A stretch of DNA of 64,000 nucleotides from a virus: IMG/VR virus record IMGVR_UViG_3300035698_027665, positions 1-64,000 of that record, one strand, 5' to 3'. Position numbers and translations under genes: made by a program. Position 1 is the first letter of the stretch. Each line of letters opens with the position of its first letter. Below the pieces are notes generated by a model, which worked only from the letters and a program-made list of their open reading frames with translations, was not told the origin of the DNA and did no database searches. Of the stretch, positions 55,696-64,000 are shown piece after piece.

Positions 55696-56519
55696 AAGAA
55701 AGGCGTTCCCGTTATTCTTAATGAAACGCCATCGTTTTCCAATGCGTTTATCCCTTCACTTGTAACACGTTTAAACCATATAGCTGCTATATCTCCGGGT
55801 TTTAAAGTTCCAAAAAGAAGTGGAGAACTCTCACTGGTATCTATAAAAGTTACTTCAAAAGGTTCGATATTGTCAGCAGTTAACAAAGAAGCAGAAAGAT
55901 TTATCGGACCTCCATTTATTGTTTTTGTAATTTCCACACTAGGGGCAGAATTTAAATTGTTCTCACTTAACTCCAATAATTGATGGTACCTATTGTTAGA
56001 ATCTCCTTTAAAGGCAATAGTAAAAGTAGTTTTAGGGCCGACTGTCTCCACGGCGGTTACCTCCACGTCTGAAAGTTCAGAAAGTGAATTTATTGCATTT
56101 TTGAAATTCGAAGCCCATGTTGACAAATTAGAATTGTGGTTTACCGTAAATGAATTTGTCGTATTACCGATATAATTAAAAACCATGTTGCCGCCTGTAG
56201 CAACGCCATCTACAACCACTTTTTGCGTGTCTGTAGCAAAAGTGGTTCCGATTTGCACACTGCTTCCGTTTTCCACTTGTGTCAAAATAAATATTTTGGT
56301 ATTGTACAAATAGTCAGATTCACTAATGTTTGAAACATAAATACAACGATAGTCTATATTTCCTATTAAAGATTCATCAGGTAATACATCATCAAACAAA
56401 TTGTTGGTTGAACCAACTACAGGCTCTACAGATGGATCGCCGCCTATAGACGCATTGGGGGCAGAATTTGTTGTGCCGCCTGAAAGAAACAAGGCTATAT
56501 CAGATGCGTTTATTGTCAT
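55692..56519 (-). CDS. putative virion structural protein
   Basis: SGGTTN..PNASIGG, NLFDDV, YRCIYV, AIWFKR; T/N/S-rich. Confidence 0.55.
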   Translation of the reverse strand: MTINASDIALFLSGGTTNSAPNASIGGDPSVEPVVGSTNNLFDDVLPDESLIGNIDYRCIYVSNISESDYLYNTKIFILTQVENGSSVQIGTTFATDTQKVVVDGVATGGNMVFNYIGNTTNSFTVNHNSNLSTWASNFKNAINSLSELSDVEVTAVETVGPKTTFTIAFKGDSNNRYHQLLELSENNLNSAPSVEITKTINGGPINLSASLLTADNIEPFEVTFIDTSESSPLLFGTLKPGDIAAIWFKRVTSEGINALENDGVSLRITGTPFL

Positions 56520-56809
56520 TTTTCCTCTTTTTTAAGAATGTATCTTATATTTCTCGGCGTATACCCTGTTAATTTAGCTACAGAATTCAAATTTAATCCT
56601 GAATCCGATAAAATTCTAACATTTTCATGATTTTTAATTTGTCTATTAGGGTTGACCCCAAAATTTTCTAATGTTCTATAAATTTCCCCTATAGATTTAC
56701 CAGTTTGTGTTGATATTTCTTTTACACTTACAGCAGGGGATTTCGAATAAAGGGATACGATATTGTAATCCAAATTTGCATTTTCAACGAATTCTCTAAA
56801 TTGTGCCAT
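56516..56809 (-). CDS. tandem HTH protein with a capsid-targeting-like N-terminus
   Basis: MAQFREFVEN; SVKEISTQTGKSIGEIYRTL and LNSVAKLTGYTPRNIRYIL HTH patterns. Confidence 0.65.
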   Translation of the reverse strand: MAQFREFVENANLDYNIVSLYSKSPAVSVKEISTQTGKSIGEIYRTLENFGVNPNRQIKNHENVRILSDSGLNLNSVAKLTGYTPRNIRYILKKEEK

Positions 56810-56902
56810 ACTTTATTTATTGAAGAAAACCAATATTCTCTTGAAATCAGAAATAAGTTTATTAGACTTAACAAATCAGCACTTCGGTGAACACATTACA
56901 GG

Positions 56903-57676
56903 ATGATTTTTGTGATAAGAAAAAAGAACATTAATTGGCGAAAACAAACAGGTTATTTATCTCAAGCTGTTAATTCGGGAATAGAATTTGCATTCGTTTC
57001 TGATGACATGCATCAATGTACTCCATTTGTTTATTGCAGGGATTATTTGCAAGACGCCATTCAAGGCGTTCTTACAAATAAGAAGAAAACCATTTATGGT
57101 TTTAAATTTAACCCTCAAGATGAACACTTGCCTTCTGTTAAAAAAACTCAATTGATCGTTTGTAATTCAATTGATAAGTCATTCCATAAAAAGATGGCTA
57201 ATTGTTTGGATTTTTTAAATCAAATTGAAACAAAGTTAAAAATCAAAAAAACAAAAATGTGTTTGTGCAATACGCCTCCTTTGAAATATAAAGCTGGTGG
57301 AGTTATTTTTATAAGCGGGAGCAAACGATGGATAAATAGTCCGCCTATGATTTCTTTTTACACTTTGCTAATTCGAATTGGGTTCGGATATAATCCTAAA
57401 AAACATGGGGATTACAAAAAATTTATAAATGGGATAGTATCCAATAAAATAAATCCTTACATGTCCGTCGACCACTCCAGACTAAAAAATGCGTCTGCTG
57501 CCATTGATAGAATTTTCAACAACGGGGATCGTTGTATATTTCATAAAGCAATGGAAGATAATTATTGTGACAAAATAGCATTGTCAGTCATGCATAATTC
57601 TTGTGGGATTGTCGGTTTGTCTTTAGGAAATTGCAGAACACAAATGCCTAGATGGTATAAAGGAGAAGATAAATGA
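56903..57676 (+). CDS. hypothetical protein coupled to the COOH-NH2 ligase
   Basis: ATGA overlap; CRDYLQD; paralog of 26704..27381. Confidence 0.65.
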   Translation: MIFVIRKKNINWRKQTGYLSQAVNSGIEFAFVSDDMHQCTPFVYCRDYLQDAIQGVLTNKKKTIYGFKFNPQDEHLPSVKKTQLIVCNSIDKSFHKKMANCLDFLNQIETKLKIKKTKMCLCNTPPLKYKAGGVIFISGSKRWINSPPMISFYTLLIRIGFGYNPKKHGDYKKFINGIVSNKINPYMSVDHSRLKNASAAIDRIFNNGDRCIFHKAMEDNYCDKIALSVMHNSCGIVGLSLGNCRTQMPRWYKGEDK

Positions 57677-58611
57677 AGTTTTCATTTGGCAGTGATCCAG
57701 AATTTGTAATAGTAGATGAACATGATAATATTTGTAGTGCTATAGATGTTTTAAAAGGCTCAAAGGACGAGCCAGTTTTAAATGGCAAAAACAAGTTTTT
57801 TTACGACAATGTACTAGCGGAATGTACCATTACCCCTTCTAAAACTAACAAAGAAGCTGTAGAAAGTTTTCGAAATTCTTTGCTAATATTGTCAGACATG
57901 GCGAAACCATACAAAATCAAACCTTTAGCTTCTGCAAAATACAACAAAAAACAAATGCTTCATCCGATGGCGCAGAAAATAAATTGCGACAAAGAAATCT
58001 GTGCATATGAATTGAAAACAATTGAAGTAGATGAAGAAGTATTCAAAAAAAGCAATTTGAGAACCGCTGGCGGGCATATTCACATAGGTGGAAATATAGA
58101 CGGTATTGAAATACTTTCTATAGTTAGAATGTTGGATTTGTTTTTGGGTATCCCTACTCTTTTTCTAGATAAAGACCCCACTAGCAAACCTAGAAAAGAA
58201 TTTTATGGACAAGCAGGAAGATTCAGAACTCCAGAACATGGTTTGGAATATCGATCTTTAAGCAACTACTGGACTGCATCTCCTGAATTGGTTTCTTTGA
58301 TATTTGACATATCTAAATTCACATATGAATATGTTAAAAGTAAAAAGCACGAAAAATTCTGGTTTATAGATTTAGAAAAACTAGAAGACGAAAACGTATG
58401 GGCAGAAGAAGATTTTAATATAGCGGACTATCACATTTGTACTGGATATGATGCAAAATTATTAATAAAAACTATTGGCAATGCCGATAAAAGTGCGGCT
58501 GCTATTTTTATGAAAATGGTAGAATCTGAATTGCCAGATTCTATTTTTAGTAAAATCAAAAAGCTTTCTAATAAAAGAAAACCTTTTGATCTCTACAAAT
58601 CTTGGTTTTAA
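57673..58611 (+). CDS. phiEco32-like COOH-NH2 ligase (amidoligase)
   Basis: GSDPEF, DNVLAE, RTAGGHIHIG, YGQAGRFR, LEYRSLSN. Confidence 0.85.
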   Translation: MKFSFGSDPEFVIVDEHDNICSAIDVLKGSKDEPVLNGKNKFFYDNVLAECTITPSKTNKEAVESFRNSLLILSDMAKPYKIKPLASAKYNKKQMLHPMAQKINCDKEICAYELKTIEVDEEVFKKSNLRTAGGHIHIGGNIDGIEILSIVRMLDLFLGIPTLFLDKDPTSKPRKEFYGQAGRFRTPEHGLEYRSLSNYWTASPELVSLIFDISKFTYEYVKSKKHEKFWFIDLEKLEDENVWAEEDFNIADYHICTGYDAKLLIKTIGNADKSAAAIFMKMVESELPDSIFSKIKKLSNKRKPFDLYKSWF

Positions 58612-58620
58612 AGGACGAAA

Positions 58621-59376
58621 ATGAAAAAGATAAATAACGAATGGTCTATTTTTAGAGATGAAAATTCTGAAAATGTGGATTCTTGCGTTCTGGCTTTGCC
58701 GGGACGTTTTCAGTCAGGCAATGATTTTGCTTTAAGGCATTATGAATTAGGAAATTTCAAAGATACTGTCGTCATAGGGATAACGCCAGAACATCTTGAG
58801 TGGTATCCTATGCCCAATGGTGCTTATGATCAGAGTAACGCCATAGACGGAATCCCCTGCGCAGTAGACACAATTGTCAATGTGATGCATAAGATAGAGC
58901 AATACTATGGGGTTCCATCTGAAAGGATCATACTTTCGGGATACTCGGCGGGTGCTGTAATGGCTATTCAAACACTGGCATTACATAAAAAAGTTGCAGG
59001 AGTTGTCAGTTATTCGGGGGCTATATTAGACCCCGACAACCTGCCTTTAAGCGAAACTGATTCTCCGCTTCTTCTGCTTCACAATGAAGATGATGTTGTC
59101 TTTTCTTGGGAAGAAAGATTTCTCCCAATGGAAAAATCTTTGTTAAACAAAGGGTATAATCTTTTTACGAGAACGTTTGATGAAGGCAATCATCAATTGT
59201 GTTTCGACGATTACCTTATAGGAAACGCTTTCGCTTCTTATATATTAGGAAAATATGATGAAAAAGAATATTTTTCGCCATATTTCAACTTCGATACGAG
59301 GTTGCTTAGATTGGTTGTAAAGAATTTAATAACAGAGTTGGAATCTAATTTGGGATCGCCTTCAATTGTCTATTAA
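58621..59376 (+). CDS. alpha/beta hydrolase (phospholipase/carboxylesterase)
   Basis: GYSAG nucleophile elbow, HNEDDVV, GNH. Confidence 0.85.
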   Translation: MKKINNEWSIFRDENSENVDSCVLALPGRFQSGNDFALRHYELGNFKDTVVIGITPEHLEWYPMPNGAYDQSNAIDGIPCAVDTIVNVMHKIEQYYGVPSERIILSGYSAGAVMAIQTLALHKKVAGVVSYSGAILDPDNLPLSETDSPLLLLHNEDDVVFSWEERFLPMEKSLLNKGYNLFTRTFDEGNHQLCFDDYLIGNAFASYILGKYDEKEYFSPYFNFDTRLLRLVVKNLITELESNLGSPSIVY

Positions 59377-60127
59377 TAGTTTTTCTCAAATGTGATATAT
59401 CGTATTCTCTGCATTTTCCACAAGCCCATTCCCTTCCTATTGATGAAAATGCTTTTATTTCTGATATGTGATATCTTTTTTTGTAAAAATGAATATGATT
59501 GCAAACCGGGCATATGGTTTTAACATTACCCGGTTTGCAATCATAATTCCATTTATATCGTTTAGATTCTAGTTGTTCAAAAGCATCAACAGAAGATTTG
59601 TGATTAACAGAAAAAATCTTTTTCGAATCTCTATTTTTCTTTTTCTTTGTTTTTGAATTCAATTTATTAAACAAAGAAATTAAGCTATCAGGAAGCGGAG
59701 GGATTACAAAACTATTATTGTTAATCCATTCATATTTAACGTGCTTTTCGTGCATGCTTGGCGGCATAACAGAAATGTGTCTATTTGCTCTGAATTCAAT
59801 ATTGTCACAGCTAACCCTTGTCAGGTTTTCAAATGGGTTAAGAAACAAATGATGCTTGGATTTAAAGCTTAAATAGACAGGATGTGCATATCCATTTACC
59901 GCTTCATCTATTATTGCATTAGCGTTTGCATCATCCCCTTCTACATCAATTATAGTTCCTAATAATATAGCAATATTGAATTGTTTATATCTTTTCATTT
60001 CACTTATAACAAATTCTTTATTCCAATTTTTCCAAGGAACTAAAGGCGATTTAGTACCCCAAGCAGTTGGGACAACTTGAAACCCCATTTCTAAATATTT
60101 TTTCGCCCAATCATGATTGTTAAACAT
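59345..60127 (-). CDS. bifunctional primase/polymerase (Prim-Pol) N-terminal domain with a Zn finger
   Basis: GFQVVP...KSPLVPWK, NIAI, DVE, HHLF, VMPPSMH; two CxxC. Confidence 0.75.
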   Translation of the reverse strand: MFNNHDWAKKYLEMGFQVVPTAWGTKSPLVPWKNWNKEFVISEMKRYKQFNIAILLGTIIDVEGDDANANAIIDEAVNGYAHPVYLSFKSKHHLFLNPFENLTRVSCDNIEFRANRHISVMPPSMHEKHVKYEWINNNSFVIPPLPDSLISLFNKLNSKTKKKKNRDSKKIFSVNHKSSVDAFEQLESKRYKWNYDCKPGNVKTICPVCNHIHFYKKRYHISEIKAFSSIGREWACGKCREYDISHLRKTINRQLKAIPN

Positions 60128-60319
60128 TAGTTTTTGCTTTTAATAGCTGCAAGTACTTCTTCTTCTTTTAAATCTCTAGGATGCTTGTTTTGCTTTTGTG
60201 CATATGAAACTATTTTAAGGAGAATTTTTTCTTCTTTTTTAGATGTCCAAAAGAAATTGTCAGTTGTCATAATAAAAATCCTTTTATTGTTGGTGTTAGA
60301 CAGCTAGAATATAGCGGAG

Positions 60320-62032
60320 TTGTTGAAAAAGTCAAGCAGCATAATTGCAAAAGGGTTGATGGAGAACGTCCTGTTCCCTTGTTTGTTAATTAAAAGCGAT
60401 GAAAAAGGTTCAGGAGGTGGTCGTAGTAGCAAATTAAATGCTTTTAGCCTTTTGGTTGATGATCCTCAGACGCAGCAAGATATTGAATCTGATATTGTTA
60501 TGCGTTGTCTAAAAGAGGAAGAATACTCTGGTGCAGTTACTCGTGATTCTTTTGATGGTTTCGTAGAAGAAATATTAGATCAGTATGGTTTTGATAAAAT
60601 TGATAATTTAGAAGATGTAACAAATGCCCTTTGGGTTTCGTTGTGTAATAGGACTAAGAAATTCATCGATGGTCTTGATGTTTCAGAGATTGACATTGAT
60701 TTAATTCGTAGCGGCGATCCTATTGGTTGGCTTAAATATTATTTTACAAGTGATTTGTGTGGTACAAAAACGTTTGCTGATATTCGAGAAGCTATTGGCA
60801 ATTTGAATAGTGCTGACGAAAATAAACGTGTTCTTCTTCAAATGGCGATGGATGGTAACGGTAAACCACATGTGAAAAGTAATTTAGGAATAGCGTTAAA
60901 TAATTACAAAAGAAGATTAAGCGGTTCTTATGATCCTGTTTTCGATGCGGAAATAACAAAAGAAAGACCTGATTGGTTTGAAAACAGTTCTGTTGTTGCT
61001 AAGAATAAATTGATCGAAATGGCAGAAAATGGAGAGAATAAACCTCACAGTAAAACTAAACTAGGAAGTTGTTTTGCAGAGTATATAAATGTAAATAGAA
61101 ATACTTATGACTCTGTTTTTGTCGATAATATAAAAAAACTTTGCAACTGGTTAGTAAAATCCACTGACGTTAAAAAATCAGAGTTGTTAAAAATGGCTAA
61201 AAATGGTGACAAACGACCAAGTGGTAAAAATACTAAATTGGGAGTGGCTTTGCTTCATTACACAAGTAGTAATTGCACTGATAAAAAATTTAATGCTGAA
61301 CTACGTAAGTGCCGTCCTGATTGGTTTGATAACACGGCCAGTGTTAAAAAAGAAGAATTTCTCAAAATGGCCAAAAATGGGGAATCTAGACCTGCCCAGA
61401 ATTCAGCTTTATGTTCTTATACAAATAAAAAAAACGGTTCTTACGATCCTGATTTTGACGCTAAAATAAGAAAAATAAGTCCTGATTGGTTTAAAAACAG
61501 TGCTGATGCAAAAAGAGAAAATATCTTGGAAATAGCTAGGGCTGGCGGATATAGACCTAACAGTAAAACCAATATAGGTATCGCCTTGAACAATTATACA
61601 AATAGTCGTAAGGGCAATAGAGGGTTTAGTAAAAAATTTAATGATAAAATAAGAAAACTGCGTCCTGATTGGTTTGAAAATAGTGCTAATGTTTCAAAAG
61701 AAAAATTGCTTAAAATGGCTAAAAATGGAGAAGCAAAGCCAAGTCAAAAAACAAAATTAGGACAGAGTTTATGTAATTATGTAAATTCAAATAGGGGTTG
61801 TTATGATCCTGCTTTTGATGCTAAGATACGAAAGCTCCGATCTGATTGGTTTGTGAGGTATTCAAATAGAAAAGAAGAATTGTTTATGGTGGCAAAAACT
61901 GGAGAAAAGAAGCCTCATTATAAAACAAAATTAGGATCAGCTTTGAAAAATTATTTAACCAAATCATCAAGTTCTTACGATCCTGCTTTCGACGCCAAAA
62001 TACGCAAACTCCGTCCTGATTGGTTTAAATAA
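60320..62032 (+). CDS. protein with seven 55-61 aa tandem repeats (helicase-associated-domain-like)
   Basis: Repeat K..LL.MAKNG..KP..KTKLG..L..Y...YDP.FDAKIRKLRPDWF; start uncertain (ATG 60359 is an alternative). Confidence 0.75.
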   Translation: MLKKSSSIIAKGLMENVLFPCLLIKSDEKGSGGGRSSKLNAFSLLVDDPQTQQDIESDIVMRCLKEEEYSGAVTRDSFDGFVEEILDQYGFDKIDNLEDVTNALWVSLCNRTKKFIDGLDVSEIDIDLIRSGDPIGWLKYYFTSDLCGTKTFADIREAIGNLNSADENKRVLLQMAMDGNGKPHVKSNLGIALNNYKRRLSGSYDPVFDAEITKERPDWFENSSVVAKNKLIEMAENGENKPHSKTKLGSCFAEYINVNRNTYDSVFVDNIKKLCNWLVKSTDVKKSELLKMAKNGDKRPSGKNTKLGVALLHYTSSNCTDKKFNAELRKCRPDWFDNTASVKKEEFLKMAKNGESRPAQNSALCSYTNKKNGSYDPDFDAKIRKISPDWFKNSADAKRENILEIARAGGYRPNSKTNIGIALNNYTNSRKGNRGFSKKFNDKIRKLRPDWFENSANVSKEKLLKMAKNGEAKPSQKTKLGQSLCNYVNSNRGCYDPAFDAKIRKLRSDWFVRYSNRKEELFMVAKTGEKKPHYKTKLGSALKNYLTKSSSSYDPAFDAKIRKLRPDWFK

Positions 62033-62697
62033 TGGCTATAGCTTTAAACCAAAAAAACTGGAACGATCCCAATAAGATTCTAGCAAGGACTGAGACAATC
62101 ATCAGTCCTTACAAGAGGCTGTTCGGACACAACCTTCCAGAAGATAAACACTACTGGTCAATGTGTGAACAATGCTCGACTCCAAATGGCACATTCCAAG
62201 AAGGATGCGAATTAGATCAAATCCTAAAAGAAGATATAATCTCTGTAAATCAGTTTCACGGAGTTGATTGGAATGAAGAAATAACAGAAGCCAATAGAAA
62301 TGCAAACCCTGATGCCAATTGGTATCATGGCGATTTCCAAAGGACAATGAGTGAACAAAGAGCAAAAGGAAACTTTGATCCAGCAGTCATTAATGCAGAC
62401 TTTACAAGTATGCAGGGCAAAGCTATGCCTTACATCGCTTCTATATTGAATCTTGCCTCATATTACGATGGAGAGTTAATGGTTATTTGCAATATGGTGT
62501 TAGGTTATCAGAGATTCCCTGATAGGATGGGCAATATTGATTTGGCAATTGAAAAATTAAATGAGTTGCCAATGTTTCGTCGTGCTAAAAGAAAGTGTAA
62601 TTGGGAAGCAATGGATAATTCTTTTTATGAGTATGGTGGCACTGGCGATAAACACTCTACAAAAATGGCATCTATTATATTTTACAAAGAGGCATAA
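62032..62697 (+). CDS. hypothetical protein, possibly a methyltransferase-like fold
   Basis: FHGVD...WYHGDF...INAD; TAATG coupling to the repeat protein. Confidence 0.55.
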   Translation: MAIALNQKNWNDPNKILARTETIISPYKRLFGHNLPEDKHYWSMCEQCSTPNGTFQEGCELDQILKEDIISVNQFHGVDWNEEITEANRNANPDANWYHGDFQRTMSEQRAKGNFDPAVINADFTSMQGKAMPYIASILNLASYYDGELMVICNMVLGYQRFPDRMGNIDLAIEKLNELPMFRRAKRKCNWEAMDNSFYEYGGTGDKHSTKMASIIFYKEA

Positions 62698-62699
62698 AC

Positions 62700-62990
62700 A
62701 TGGCAACAGGAGAAACAGCGTTAAAATTTTTATTGACGTTAATAAATAGAAGTTTTGTACCTTTTATTATAACTATTTTTTTAGTTGGTGGATTTGATAT
62801 TATTCGCTTTTTTTACAATCCTAATTGGTTTGATAAAATAACTACGGCTGATTTTTGTTTTTTCTTATTCGTTTTTTCTACAATTGCTATTTTTAAAGAA
62901 TGGATAGATTATAGAAAAAGAAAAAATACTGTGTATGAATTCCGTCTTATTGAAGGCAAAGACCTTTTGCCTCCATTGGATAAATATTAA
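62700..62990 (+). CDS. small two-TM membrane protein
   Basis: Two hydrophobic segments; GAGG SD. Confidence 0.55.
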   Translation: MATGETALKFLLTLINRSFVPFIITIFLVGGFDIIRFFYNPNWFDKITTADFCFFLFVFSTIAIFKEWIDYRKRKNTVYEFRLIEGKDLLPPLDKY

Positions 62991-63022
62991 ACAGATTTCT
63001 ATATTAGAAAAAGGAGCTTAAC

Positions 63023-63163
63023 ATGGCAACTAGAGAAGCAGCATTAAAGGCGTGGGATACACGCAGAGCCAATCAAAGAAGCGAGTCAGCACATAAAGCA
63101 TGGAAAACCAGACGACGAAAGGCGGCTGCTAAGAAAGCGTGGGAAACACGCAGAGGAAATTAA
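63023..63163 (+). CDS. 46 aa basic peptide with three A.KAW.TRR repeats, not in the ORF track
   Basis: AAGGAG SD; MATREAALKAWDTRRANQRSESAHKAWKTRRRKAAAKKAWETRRGN. Confidence 0.75.
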   Translation: MATREAALKAWDTRRANQRSESAHKAWKTRRRKAAAKKAWETRRGN

Positions 63164-64000
63164 ATGAAAGTGATTCGGGGTTACAAAACTGAATTAAAAC
63201 CAAATAACAAACAACGTTCTGCACTACTGCAACACGCAGGAACAGCCCGTTATGTCTGGAATTGGGCATTAAATAGGATTGAGAGCAAAGTCTCTAAACC
63301 AAACGCTATCCAACTTCATAAAGAATGGAACGTATGGAAAAGAGATAATGCTGTCTGGTACAAAGAAGTGTCAAAATGCTCGCCTCAAGAAAGTTTAAGA
63401 AACCTAGAAAATGCTTTCAAACACTTTTTTAGAAAGTGTAAAGATAAGAAGAAAGGAAAGTTTAAAGGAAAAGCAGGTTTCCCAAGATATAAGAATAAAC
63501 ATAAAGGCATTGGTTCAAGTAGATTTACAGGAACAATAAAAGTTGCAGAAAATACTATTCAACTTCCAAGACTAGGAAAGTTAAGATTAAAAGAAAACAG
63601 TTATTTGCCAATTAATGCCAAGATACTGTCTTTGACAATAAGCGAAAAAGCAGGAAAATGGTTTGTGTCGATTCAAGTTGAGGAAAATATTCCAGAGCCA
63701 AAGGCTAAGAAAGAAAATGTAGTTGGAATTGATTTAGGAATTAAAACATTAGCGGTTTGTAGCGATGGAAAAGAATATCAAAACCCCAAAGCATTAAAAA
63801 CTAGACTCAGAAAATTAAAGATGCTACAATGTTCAGCTAGTAAAAAAGTCAAAGGTTCTCAAAATAGGAAGAAAGCAAATCGTAAAGTAGCGAGATTGCA
63901 TTATAAGATAGGAAACATTAGGAAAGATACATTACATAAAATCACTACAGAATTGACGAAAACCAAGTCAATTGTTGTGATTGAAGATTTATGTGTATCT
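63164..64000 (+). CDS. tnpB: TnpB (IS200/IS605/IS607-type RNA-guided nuclease), 3'-partial
   Basis: GYKTELKPN..Q, AGTARYVWNWAL, GFPRYK, IQLPRLG, RuvC-I VGIDLGIKTLA, RuvC-II VVIEDL; runs off the window end. Confidence 0.92.
   Translation, partial: MKVIRGYKTELKPNNKQRSALLQHAGTARYVWNWALNRIESKVSKPNAIQLHKEWNVWKRDNAVWYKEVSKCSPQESLRNLENAFKHFFRKCKDKKKGKFKGKAGFPRYKNKHKGIGSSRFTGTIKVAENTIQLPRLGKLRLKENSYLPINAKILSLTISEKAGKWFVSIQVEENIPEPKAKKENVVGIDLGIKTLAVCSDGKEYQNPKALKTRLRKLKMLQCSASKKVKGSQNRKKANRKVARLHYKIGNIRKDTLHKITTELTKTKSIVVIEDLCVS

Noticed and set aside
15342-62749. Numerous 60-150 aa ORFs antisense or out of frame within long genes (e.g. 17929..18372, 31005..31370, 40379..40738, 54594..55037)
   Set aside because: They lie within or largely overlap well-supported genes and have no motifs or RBS.
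1-64000. Genome-wide TAG reassignment (alternative genetic code)
   Set aside because: Long genes (nrdJ, helicase, sbcC) are intact under code 11, several genes end normally in TAG, and no suppressor tRNA (CTA anticodon) is in the window. Only one suspicious in-frame TAG (5159) was seen.

Overview
AT-rich, densely coding segment of a large T4-like (jumbo-type) dsDNA phage genome, probably infecting a diderm host. Evidence: gp46/gp47-like SbcCD, class II RNR with an intein, CTP synthase, DHFR, MazG, two orphan DNA methyltransferases, a UvrD helicase, TATAAATA late-promoter motifs, many proteins with T4 capsid-targeting-like N-termini, a TorF-like porin and an 11 kb glycosyl/sulfo/methyl-transferase cluster. 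The window ends in a partial TnpB. The strongest candidate for a new system lies on the minus strand at about 9057 to 3374. A sigma70 promoter drives an unannotated 26-28 aa leader peptide containing 14 consecutive Phe/Ser/Leu/Tyr codons. This is followed by mutually exclusive antiterminator and terminator hairpins, an rrn-type boxA, and an operon of nine tRNAs (Phe, Tyr, 3 Ser, 4 Leu) plus an RNA ligase. The leader codons match the anticodons downstream almost one-for-one, which suggests ribosome-mediated attenuation that switches on phage tRNA supply and repair when those host tRNAs run short. All family assignments come from motif recognition by eye; no database searches were run.
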